NCBI GenBank assembly: GCA_028023455.1
Contig: JAQFVV010000007.1
Span: 17,422,001 to 17,486,000, forward strand
Reading direction: 5' to 3'
DNA: 64,000 nt
DNA from: Epiperipatus broadwayi
Lineage: Eukaryota; Animalia; Onychophora
A program made the position numbers and the translations under genes. Below the pieces are notes generated by a model. That model was not told where the DNA came from, did no database searches, and worked only from the letters and a program-made list of their open reading frames with translations. This document shows positions 25,251-37,400 of this stretch, piece by piece (position 1 is the first letter of the stretch; the number at the start of each line of letters is the position of its first letter).

Positions 25251-26576
25251 CATTTTAATTCATCAAATTAATCTAATACTTCATCTACAAAATTACATGG
25301 GACTTGATATCCATGGATGATTGATGTGTGAGAAGTGTGTGTTGTACATTTTGCCGCCCTTACAGTAGGGGCGATCATGTGACCTTCAAGCCTAACACTG
25401 TAATTAACTTTATTCCTTTCATCATGCTATAAATGTAGTTCTCTTATCTATATAATAAAGCATTTATGAGAAGAAAAAAATACTGGTAATAAGATATTAT
25501 TTGATGATGCAAAGATTGTCTTTTAGGAAAATAATGAACTCAAAACAAGGATCAGGAAGTTCTTTTTTGATTAATCACTTTTGATCTGGGATTATCATTC
25601 TTACGAGACTGTATGTAGTTTAGTGCAATGGTGGAACATCTGTACTGGAATACCTGGCACTCAAAGTTCTTATGAATTCTCTAGCAATAAAGCTGTTTTA
25701 TTATTTTTTATGTTCTACATGGATTAATGCAATAATAGAGTATCAGACTGGAACGTTAGATCCTCTGATCGATTCCAACTTTGGGTCTTTCACACTCAAT
25801 CTTTCTATGAATTCTCAAACAATAAAGCCGTTCGATTATTTATTTTTATTACTATGAGAACTTCTTTTAATGCTAAAGGTGATTGGTAGTTGTCTTTGAA
25901 TTGTATGTGTGTATGTTGACTTAGTATGTAGTTTCCACTTGAGAAGTTCTGATGTGTAATAGGCAGAATTATGGATATAATGAAGAAAATTTTGATTTTG
26001 TTAATATTTTTATTATTATTTAATTCTGATTATAATTACTAGTATAGCATTAGACAGTGCTATGATCACTGACCAGTTCTCTCCAAGCTACCTGCAGTGT
26101 TACATAGTGACATAGTTTAGCTATTCATTGTAAAACATTTAAGACTAGCATGTCTAGATCATTATTTATGCTGTGAAATATAGCAGAGTGATCATATGTT
26201 AACCCATGATGGAATAATGCATCTTCGTTAAATTTTGTTTTAAAGTGACCAGAGTTTGAAATAGTTTGAATTGTATATAGCGATTAATCCATGAGTCACA
26301 GTCATCATGTGATTTGTGAGATTTTGTGATGGCGGAAGAGGTTTGAAGATGATCCATAAAGACACGGAAAAAGCTGTCATATTTTCTGTCCTAACTCAGA
26401 ATCCAGACATTCTAGCATTTTAAAAGTTTTATGACCAATGGCTAAATTATGTTGCCACATAATATATGTGATTCAAAAGTGGTGCTACAGGCGGTGCGGA
26501 GAGATAACCCACCTTTTTATTGAAACACGTTATATATAATCATAGAAATTTTTTTCATCAATTGCTATTTTACTAG

Positions 26577-26843
26577 GTAAAACTGATCAAGATATTAAGT
26601 TGATGTCAATTGATGCAAAAGACAAAAAATCAGATAATTGTGATTCGTTGGAAGTTCAGAAGACTGGTGCTGCCGTCCTACCATCTATTACTCCTCCCAG
26701 TTTTTCTTTAGATGCTAATGCAAGCAGTTGGAACTTAAGCTCTGTATATAATGCAAATAATTATAATTTACCGTCAGGAGTTAAAAAGAATGAAAGTGAT
26801 TCTACTGTTTTTAAGACAGATGAATTTAATAAGCAATTAAAAG
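26577..26843 (+). CDS. Internal coding exon C (KTDQDIKLMS...KTGAAVLPS...SWNLSSVYN...KQLK)
   Basis: ttttactag acceptor, AAAG|gtaatt donor; 267 bp symmetric phase 1-1; same frame as ORF 26600..26863; paralogous to exon D. Confidence 0.8.
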
Positions 26844-28169
26844 GTAATTATAGGTTTAAATAAATAAATTTGTGCGTGCACACACACATATAATGGATAA
26901 TATAATTACTTCAGTTTTAAGGCGTGTATATACATGTTACATAAAATATTTAGCACTATAATTCTTATATATTATATATACATGCACATATATATATATA
27001 TACAAAAACAGATTAAAATTCTTCAGCGAAAGATTATCCTTCTACCAGGAAATTGTTGAAATTTTTGTGAAAATGTTTATTTCTTTGGTTTTTAAAGACA
27101 TTTATGCATATATGTATGTGTTTAATCAGATATTTTCACAAATGAAAGATATTTCTGTACAGTTTTTTAATTAGGCAGCTCTGTTTGTATGGCTGAAAAT
27201 TATATGTTCTAGTAATTTTTGGTCTGCCCTATTTAGTCATTGACAAAACATTACTACAAAAATACATACCAGTAATTTTATGAATAACGTATTTTATTCT
27301 ACTATTTTACTAGGACTTTTTACTGTCTTGTAAAGACATTTCTCAACTTGTGCAATTGACATGTTATATTTTGATTTTCTTAAATTGAATTTTACATAAA
27401 TCAAATTTTTCCTTCAGGTACATATTTTCTATCCGCCATGGAGCAGAATGTCAATCTTTTTATAACAAATAAAAGTAAGCATTAGAATACTTTATAAAAC
27501 ATGTCCCCATAACATGAGACATGTAGGATTGAAGGTATATTAATTTATATGTCATATTTGTGGAATATTGTACATTTTTAATACAATTGGAGTTCTTTAT
27601 ATATAATCAGATTACGTAATTAGGATGTTGTGTCCACTTCTACCATCATAATAGTTTGCTTCGGTAAAGAAAACGATTATGTGTAGAACTAATAGAAAAT
27701 TGATTGTTCTGTAATTTCCAACGTCTTTATTTTTATTTTTGTTAAATATCATGACTGACTTCTTCAAATCATCTTCTCATTTTAGGCATTTAATATATAG
27801 CTTAATAATTTTTCTAAATATCTTCATCTGCTTCTTTTAAAGTGTCTATAATAATTTTGTTATACCTATAATAAAGGGTATTGTCACATTTTAACTTTCT
27901 TGTTTGTGTTCCCAATTGTTTTATTTTGTTATTACTAAATCATTTTAATTTTAATACTAGAATAATTTATAGGAAATTAATATATAAATATATGAATATA
28001 TTATAGTATGTAGAACTCTGAAATAAGGTGGTTAATACATTCCTACAATGTAAATTCAAATTCATCCAAATGAAATTTTTTAAATTTATAATTTTTGCCA
28101 ATTCAATTAGAAATCCAGTTATTGGGTAGTGTATAACTTTATCTTTCTTATTGCATTGCTAAATCCATA

Positions 28170-28376
28170 TAATATTAATATCATTTATGTTCTTTATTAC
28201 TTTTTACAATGCTTTTTTACGAACCACTATTGATGGTTTCAATTGCCCCAGCAATCTTCTTCAGAAATTTAAATAGAAGTTCTGAAAAAGGTTGCTGGGG
28301 CAATTGAAACTGTCAATAGTGGGTTGTAAAAAAGCATTGTAAAAAGTAATAAAGATCATAAATGATATTAATATTA
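28170..28376. repeat. Fold-back palindrome (~100 bp arms), MITE-like
   Basis: taatattaatatcatttatg...tcagaa pairs with ttctga...cataaatgatattaatatta. Confidence 0.9.
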
Positions 28377-28797
28377 TTGGTCAGTAATTGGGTATCTAGA
28401 TATTTCCAATTAAAAATGAAACAAGGACAGAAAAACTTAAATCCTCCTCATCTGAGAGGTGACTCGCTTGTAAGCATTGCTTAATGGCATTTTATTATCT
28501 TCATTCAGTTTTTAAACCAGGGGTGAGATCATGCTTTTCAACATTATCCATTATCTGTATTGAGAATTATGTTTAGCACCATTTTATTTTCAAAGAATCA
28601 CTTTGTTTCAATACTCATATATATATATCATATATATTATATTTTTATGTTAACTGTCTTAACGTTTGCGTGTGTGTGTATATATTATATTACGTGAATA
28701 TTAAAAAGGAAAAAAGGTAGTTAAAAGTATTCTGATTAAGGTAAGCAAAAAATCAATAAATTAAATTTAAATTTGCTTACGATTAAATATTTAAATA

Positions 28798-29218
28798 TTA
28801 CATGATCACTATCTCATACTAGCACATAATTGTTATTAAACAATTCAAAACAAAGCAAAACTCTCCATATAGTAGTGCCATCTTGTGCTAACAAGAGCAA
28901 TCAATGGATGCCAGAAGGCTTGTGCATAAAATCCCTATCTAGTGCCTACTCATCCAATCAATGGATGCCAGAAGGCTTGTGCATAAAATCCCTATGTAGT
29001 GCCTACTCATCCAATATCCCCATATATTGGATGAGTAGGCACTAGATAGGGATTTTATGCATAAGCCTTCTGGCATCCATTGATTGCTCTTGTTTGGATG
29101 AGTAGGCACTAGATAGGGATTTTATGCACAAGCCTTCTGGCATCCATTGATTGCTCTTGTTAGCACAAGATGGCACTTCTATATGGAGAGTTTTGCTTAG
29201 TTTTGAATTATTTAAATA
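28798..29218. mobile_element. Family 2 near-perfect fold-back lacking the HHR core, with internal duplications in both arms
   Basis: Arms about 28835-29017 and 29024-29218; 57 bp duplication in the left arm, 67 bp in the right; loop cccca-t. Confidence 0.9.
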
Positions 29219-30160
29219 TTGTATGAAATATTTCTTTGATAAATGTACATTAATAATTTTAATTTGGAAAAGGAAGTAAATTGTTTTGATTTTTTCATAA
29301 ACATGTATTATTTTAAAGTGAAAGATTGTCTATTTAATATAAGCAGTTGATAAAGTGAACAAATTAAGGAATTTGAAAACAAGCACAAGTTGTGGCAAAA
29401 TAGGTATAGGAACACATTCATTGTTTTATAGATTTAAATATTTTTCAGAACTTAAAAAAAAAGGCAAGACAAATTGTGATTGTTTCTGATAATGAATTGG
29501 AATGCTATTTTAATCAGTAAGCTGATAAAAGTTAAATTTATTGTGTGTTTCACTCATTCTAGCCTTGGAACCAAGTGTTGTCCATGCATGCCATGGCTAT
29601 CCTGTCATGCTTTCATAAAAAAAAGCCTGCTGCATTAGGAGAGCTTTTCATTAAAAAATTATTAAATTTGTGCTGACACGAGACAAAATTAATATTGAAT
29701 ACAAATTGAAATTGAACTAAGAAAATTTTTGACATTGGAATAAACTTTATCTCCTTGGGAACTTTGTGAAAAAGATATTTTTGAGTTATTCAGATAAATC
29801 TGCTAGGTAATATTTATAACCATAAGTGCATTTAAATCTTCTGTTCTTATATTTAAAATGAAGAATATTTAACCTCAATGTTTTTTTTGTTGCATTTCTT
29901 TGTATTTAGAGAGAGTACATATGCTTATATAGATTGGCTCAATAATTTGTTTTGAAGAGAAAGTAAATCTAAATGGTTGTTTTCTCATCCTTGGTGTTTG
30001 CTGCAGGATGGCGTTGATGCTAATTGAAAACATATACATATAATGATTCCGGGCCGGACCTAAATGATCGATTTGATCTAAAAAGATCTGATTTCTTAGA
30101 TTTGTAATAAAATATTCTACTAACTAATACGATTATATGATGTTAGTTTTTTTCATTTTT

Positions 30161-31230
30161 GTAAATGTTTATTAATCTTATCTTGTTTTTGAGTTTGTGT
30201 GTGTGTGTCTTTAAAGTTGCGGTGTTTTTCTAATTTTTTTTTTTTTTGACTTTACGTGTGTCTTTTTAAAGTTACGGTCTTTTTTTTTTTTTGCAAGAGT
30301 AAATCAGTAATTTGATTCAAACGCAAGACATAATAAGTAAATGTTTATTAATCTTATCTTGTTTTTGAGTTTGTGTGTGTGTGTTTAAAGTTACAGGGCT
30401 TTTTCAAATTTTTTTTTTTTGGACTTTAGGTGTTTTTTTTAAAGTTACGGTATTTTTTTTGCAAGACTAAATCAATCATTTGATTCAAAAGCAAGACGTA
30501 ATAAGTCAATGTTTATTAATCTTAGATTGTTTTTGAGTTTGTGTGTGTGTCTTTAAAGTTACGGGGCTTTTTCTCATTTTTTTTTTGGGACTTTGTGTGT
30601 CTTTTTTTAAAGTTACGGTATTTTTGGTCAAGAGTAAATCAATCATTTTATTAAAAAAGCAAGACGTAATTCTAAATCTATCAAAAGTAACGTAATTTAT
30701 ATACTACAGTTTAGACTTGATACCCGACTACTATTAGTAAGGACCGTCATTGAATGACTCGATTGAAAAATGATACCCGACTAATTTCCATTTTCTTTTT
30801 TGGGGGGGGGGGGGGGGACAGTAATGAATCAGAAAGTGGGTTGTTTTTGTTAAGTCTGTCTATATAAAAAGGGTACCATTATTGAAATACTAAATTTAAA
30901 AATGATAGCCGACTAATTTGCGTTTGTTTTGACAGTAATTAATCAGAAAGTGGGTTTCTTTTTTTTTTGGTAAATCTTGTGTATATATAAAAACAAACAA
31001 ACCATAATTCAAAGACTCCATTGAAAAAAATCAAACCTCGTTGAATTTGCTTTTTTTTTTTTTTTAAAGACAGTAATTAATCAGGAACTGAGTTGTTTTT
31101 GTTAGTGTGTAGATATAAAAACTAATCTTATTTTGAAATAATAAATGTAACAAAAAAAAAAAAATACCCGACTAATTTTATTTTTCGGACTAGTAATTAC
31201 TAATAATTAGACACTGGGTTGTTTTTGTTT
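30161..31230. repeat. Composite tandem array: three ~170 bp units (30161-30670) then about four diverged ~130 bp units (30770-31230)
   Basis: taaatgtttattaatcttatcttgtttttgagtttgtgtg occurs three times; gatacccgactaattt...gacagtaattaatcagaaagtgggtt recurs. Confidence 0.8.
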
Positions 31231-32059
31231 GTGCATATATATATAGCAAAAGTAACTGGTCATGGACGAATTCTCACGAAAACGCTACTTTTCGCATGAT
31301 CCTTTAATTTTTTTCCCTTTCGCACCCTTAAAAGTAATTTTTGAGGGTTACCCCTTCATAATGGAATCTTCAGGACATTATTACTAAATTTACAACGTAA
31401 AGTAAGTTACAACACATTAAAAAAAATAGACGTCTTATCAAATTTAAAAAAACTACGACTGCTTCAAATATACACACTTTCACGAAACTACAGAGAAAAT
31501 AGATATTCTACTATTACGAGAAAATGATGAACAAAATCGACTACTACGGCAGCCAATCAAGGCATTTCTTTCTCTTTGCTTTTAGCATAGAAAAAAAGCC
31601 ATAACCGTCAGCCGTCAGGAACTCTTTCTATGTTTTATCATAGAAAGAAGTCTCTTTGTGTTGGCTTCTGTCGCCGCCACCGCCTCCTTCGTCCAACATA
31701 ACGTGAGGATTTTTCTGCATTTATAACGTAGAAAAATTCCTCTTTTGTTGGGTGAAGGCCGGTGAAACTGTATATTTCTAGGAATTTACCTAGAAATAGC
31801 GACATCTTAAGGCGAACACCAGGGATGAGAAAACAACCAAGTAAATTTATTAACTGTTATTTTAAAATCTTTTTGAGCTTATGTCTGGTATATATATGGA
31901 AATGAAGAATCATATACAATCATCCCAAATAAAAATTATTTTTACAAGAAAAATATATTTTTGCTTTCAATCCTTAAAGAAAAGAGCAACATTAAAAAAA
32001 TAGGAAAAAATATTATAAACCCCATGTTAAATTAATCTTGCGATCTCAGAATTAAGAGT

Positions 32060-32815
32060 GATGTGATATGACTTCTCCTTATATGGAGTCAGGAATCTCT
32101 CAGCAACTATGCCCAGAGAAACCTGTTAGCCACTTTACCTTCCTTTTTCAGTCCCCACTCTAAGTTTTCCCATATCCTACTCCATCCCATTTCCATAACG
32201 TAATCTTTGTCAGCTCCATGGTCTTTATATCTAAATCTCCCTTATCTTTTTTCAAACCCAGCATAAATACCAATAACCCACTTTCTATATAATCACTTTG
32301 TTTATATTTATTTTCCCACAGCTTCATTATTTGTGCCCTTTCTACTTGCAATGATTTACATTCAATTAACAGATGCCTAACATTTTTTATGCCTTCCTTA
32401 CACAATTTGCAGACTAAATTACCCACATTTCTCTATTCATGTATATATTCCTTGTTGCTAATGAATCTGTTCGAGCCTTAAACAGTAAACTACTTTACTT
32501 GCTATTATCATAAATTAACTCACATCCAATATTCTGTGTTATTCTATATATATATTTAAACTCTTTTTACTCTTTATACTAGTTCTCCAACTTCCTATTC
32601 TTTATTACTGTATCTATTTTTCTATCCCATTCCTTGCCCCTATAACACTCAACAATTCTCCTAACACAATCGTCCCACCTTTTGTACAAATATTCTGATA
32701 TAAATTCTTTATCCAAATCTTCTGCATATCGAGTTATCTTTCTCACCCATCTTGTTGCCTGCCCTTACTCATAACCCAATTAAATACTATTTTGGCTATT
32801 GAGTACCAAATTCCA
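32060..32815 (-). mobile_element. Non-LTR retrotransposon ORF2 3' end with CCHC zinc knuckle; a short second copy lies at 47255-47370
   Basis: Minus strand: IYDNSK*SSLLFKARTDSL then CKLCKEGIKNVRHLLIEC (ORF 32160..32426). Confidence 0.8.
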
Positions 32816-32827
32816 TACATTAAGCCT

Positions 32828-32975
32828 TTGTAATCAGTGGGTGCAGGAAAGTTTGTGCATGAAATCCCTATTTAGCGCCTACTCATCCAACATCCCCAGA
32901 CTAGTTTCTAGGTTGTGGCTTTCATGAGCGAGGAGTTTTGGATTTGAGAGCACTGCATCTAGATCTTAGGATCTG
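32828..32975 (-). mobile_element. Family 2 copy; HHR at 32894-32933 with mutated core (CTCATGA)
   Basis: ccccagactagtttctaggttgtggctttcatgagcgagg. Confidence 0.75.
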
Positions 32976-34088
32976 AAATGTAATGTTTTGATGGTGTCAT
33001 CTCAGAATTATTTTTTTTAATCTAAAAAAAAAATCCCATTCAAAGATCCACCATTTTTGTATCATTGCTAGTCTATTTTGTCAAATAAAGGATGATCATC
33101 TTTTGAGTATCAATGTTTGATTTATTACCATATAACAAACCGAAGTTCAGATAAACGTGAACAACTTTTTCCCAAAAAAATAAGTTGGCATTGATATAAC
33201 TAATTGTGGATGTTGTTTGCAAGTTCATTTAGTCAAATGATTCTTTAGGAATTTGCTTGTGAATTATCTTAATGTATTTGTTTGATCCGTGAATATGTTT
33301 ATATTTTTAGCGTTACATATTTAATAAGTCATAAAATTATTTAATGCTTGTTAAAAATTATTAGAATTTAATCAAAAAATATGAATAATTTATATCTTTA
33401 TCGAAATAGTTATATTTTATGAAGTATTATTAATCTCTTTATTAATTATGTATGAGTGTTGAAGGGTTTCGGTTGAATGTTAATTTATTAAACTTATATA
33501 ATGTCTGAATCTTCTACTTATTCAAGCTTTCTCTGGTTATGTTTATATAAGAGAGTAGTATCTAAGGGGTTTGATAGATATCCAATACTTCTTTAGTTTA
33601 ATTGAAGGGTGATGGATATTTTCTTAATAATCCCAATTGAAGACATGCATTGGCCTCGATTATTGTTTAAGAATCTCAGTTATTTTCTGCAAATCCAGCA
33701 TATACCTATATTTATATATATATATTGGTCTGTTATTCTCTAGCTAGATGGCAAACCCCAACTTCCTCTTCAATTTTATTCTAGTTATTGGAATTAATAT
33801 TATCTATACTTTGGATGATAATTATTATAATAATGGGTGCAACCACTAGCTACATATAATCATCTATATTGTTATCCCTCATAAACAACTATATTCAGAT
33901 ATCTATATATAAAATCCATACTTTGTCTGTTGTTTGAATATATATATATATTTGTCCGTAATGTTTTATTGGACTGCCTGCACCAATAAATAATGTTATT
34001 ATATATAGTTGTCTGTAATGCTGCCAAATTTTCATATCATATATAGCAGGTATATTTAAAAATTTAAATTTTGATTTAGCTTTATTAA

Positions 34089-34470
34089 TTAAAATCTTTT
34101 GTTTAATTTACATTGAATCTTAAAAAAAATTTGCTAAAGCAATCAATTAAAAAAAACTATTACAAAAATGATCATCTTTCAAGCTAGGTACATTTTGAAT
34201 TTTTTTTATTCAGAAAGCATTACAGTAAATAATCTTATATGTTCATAACTGCCAAATTCACATATCAAGTATAACAAGTATATTTAAAAATTTTAATTTA
34301 ACCTTATTAATACCTTGCCACGTACATTTACTATTACAAAAATGACGGTTTTCAGACCAGGTACAATTCTCACATTTATTTATATAATATTAAAATCTTT
34401 TGTTTAATTTACATTAAATCTTTAAAAAAAATTATTAAATCAATCAATTAAAAAAAACGACGGCCTTTCC
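34089..34470. repeat. Dispersed AT-rich repeat with internal tandem units; further copies at about 62855-62940 and 63195-63290
   Basis: attaaaatcttttgtttaatttacatt(g/a)aatctt(t)aaaaaaaa-like sequence occurs four times. Confidence 0.7.
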
Positions 34471-37400
34471 ATAGGTCAGATACATTTCCATGATATAAAA
34501 TAATGCACTAATGTCTTTGGATGTTTCATTGCAGTATATATATATGTGACATATTATGGTGTAGATTTAAAGAAAAATTTGAAATATTTTCCTTTGTGCT
34601 ATACACAAAAACTACTATTTGCATAATTATATTATTTTTTGTATACAGCATATTGTATTGGTCGATTTTGTTCATTCATGTAACACGAGCTAAAATCTAG
34701 GCAACAGTACCTCAAGTCCAATCATGCACAAGATACATAAGTCAGGAACACTCATGAACTCTGGCCTTTTTGCCTCTGTTCCAGATCTACCAACTTATGA
34801 GCAACAATCCCGATGATCTCTCTCCGCCAGCATCGCAAAGCGGAGACACAGAGAGATTATTTGGAAATGATAATACAGTGAAGCCCTTTTTAGTATAATA
34901 ATATCACAACTTTCATCATATCTATGATCATGACCTTTCACGTTAGTTATAATATAGGATTGGTGGGATATCATCTAGTCATATTACGCATAATTTATAA
35001 ATCGAAATATGCTATTTATTAAAGAAATGAAACAATGATTCTGAAGATTTCGTTATATATATAATTTTAATTCATTAATGTAAATAAAATAAACAGTCAT
35101 TTAATTGTAATAACTCTTCATTAATTATCATTGGCCTCTTTACATTTAGATAGAACTCAGATTTGTCTTTTATAATTTAAGAAATCAGGTATATACATTA
35201 ATTTGTTATTTTATTGCATCTGGTTTATATGCCAATAATAGGTGAATGACAATATGCATAAGATTTGAATAGCGCTAGAGTACAAGTATTTAAACAATAC
35301 TTTAATCCACCCCTAGAGAGAAAATAACACTTGATCGAATTTGCTTAATAAGGATTATTTAGTTTATTATAAAATATACGATTAACATTAGCAAATGGAA
35401 TAATCGCAGCTTATGCTGAGTAAGAAAACATATGTGGGAGAGCTTGTTTGAAATCTATATAATTGCGTTGCAGAATGGCGCATGCATGAAAATATTCATA
35501 AATTATAAAGAAATCTGTTTAATAAAATCAGAACATTACAGCTTAGGGATATTCATAGGTTTTATTTGGAACGAAAACCAAGAGAGTGGTGCATGCATAG
35601 TAGTGTATTTATGTGATCCAGTCTCGGATTCTAAAGGTTTTATTGAAGATGTAAAGACCGATTTATGTCTGCGACTTTGGCAGAATCGGCTCATTAAACG
35701 AAGAACAGTCCGCTGCGAGTTGCTATGGACCGGATGTCCCAGAGCGATCCCATATAGAGCTAGCTCAAGTGACCAGAAAAATTCCAAGGGAGGTTTATAG
35801 CCTTGTTCTTGGACTTGGAGGTAATGAAATGGGGTTCGGCTTTCTGATACACCCAGTGGAGATAAGCACAATATATATATAAATGTAAACGAAGAAGCCT
35901 GTATGCATGCAACGCTTGGAACAACATATATAAGAATTTTAAGATATAATTATTTCATTATTACCTATGTATTTGGAATATCCAACATAATGGTATGATT
36001 GAGTTACTAAACAGCAATGAATAATTTAAATTAATTGATATAAATAATAATCAACTTAGAATTGAGAATCCTCCTCCCCTTATTACATTAACTTGCATAT
36101 ATAACTTCCCACAAACGTTGGAACAAAATATGAATATTCAAGATTAAGTGCTTTTATTACCATTTACAAATAATTATATATATAGGAGTTAGGTGGTGGT
36201 TATTGAAATTCATTTCATTGAACAAAATATTTAATTTTAAATAAACACATTTTATAAATTTAAAACTATCACTATTATTTTAAATTGGGAAAAACATTTC
36301 TCAGAATTACTTTTTAATTAGAAAAACAAATTTCTGCTCTGCTTTTTTTTAATGTAACATTAAGATATAATTAAGTTGTTTTCTCCCAAACTGGCAAGCG
36401 TCCACCGTAATGAAAATAAAATTATTTTTAATTAAGCATTAATTAACCTCCCCACGAAAAGAAGGGGGGTTGAGAAGAGAGAGTGAAGATAAATTATTGG
36501 CATATTATTATCAAAATACAAAATACATAAAATATAGTAATAAAAGTTATAAAATATTGCTGCCGCATGAAATAAAATAGGAAATTATTAATGTCTAACA
36601 GAGGCTCAATGATAGGAGAGACTTTAATAGAGAGTTAAGTATATGTTAAAAATCAGATAAGAATTTACAAATCATTTTAATTAATAGTTAATTTCTGATC
36701 TCAAGATCAGCTAAAAGAATTACAATACATTTAGTAAATGGTTAAGCAAGAAATTTAGATTAAGGTTGAAGTTATTTAACGAAAATCTATGAGTTTTTAG
36801 GCAGCAACTGGAACTTATTACCTTAATCAGTCGTTATTAGCGGTCCTCGGTTAACTTGCGTTGTCCATTGGAGATTAGATCTAGCTTTGATTCTTGTTTG
36901 TCAGGCAGGTAGCATTTCCATTATTTAACTTGTACATACATTATTGTAGTTCATGGGTCCATAGGTCCTGAGCGATGATTTCTTTGGAAGACTGCATGGG
37001 AACGGCAAGGGAAAGATGGATCTTTCCCTCTACTCAGTACACATTGATTTAAAGGCAAGACGAGCGTAAACTCTGCTTACCATTGCTCTTTTAAAAATGG
37101 ATCTCCCTTTTTGTATTCAAATTCGGCCCTGTTTATACATTTGTGGACTTTGTCTGGAATGCTTTTTAGTTATAAACCTGAGGAATTTTACATATCTTGA
37201 CGATCTGCAATTTGCAGACCGGATGCGTGCTTTTGTTCTAAGTAAGTTATAAACAATACAATCCTGCCAAAAATTCCTCGAATGATTGTTTTAAAATCTA
37301 ATCCTGGATTTTAAAACTAACTTAAATGGATAAAATTTTCCACTTAATGGATGTTACATTATTCTAATGAATTTATAATATTTTTAACTTTGGCTAATGG

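Noticed and set aside
28830-29045. ORF with the repeated peptide SNQWMPEGLCIKSLSSAYS (similar ORF at 60123-60305)
   Set aside because: Chance translation of the duplicated non-coding family 2 repeat.
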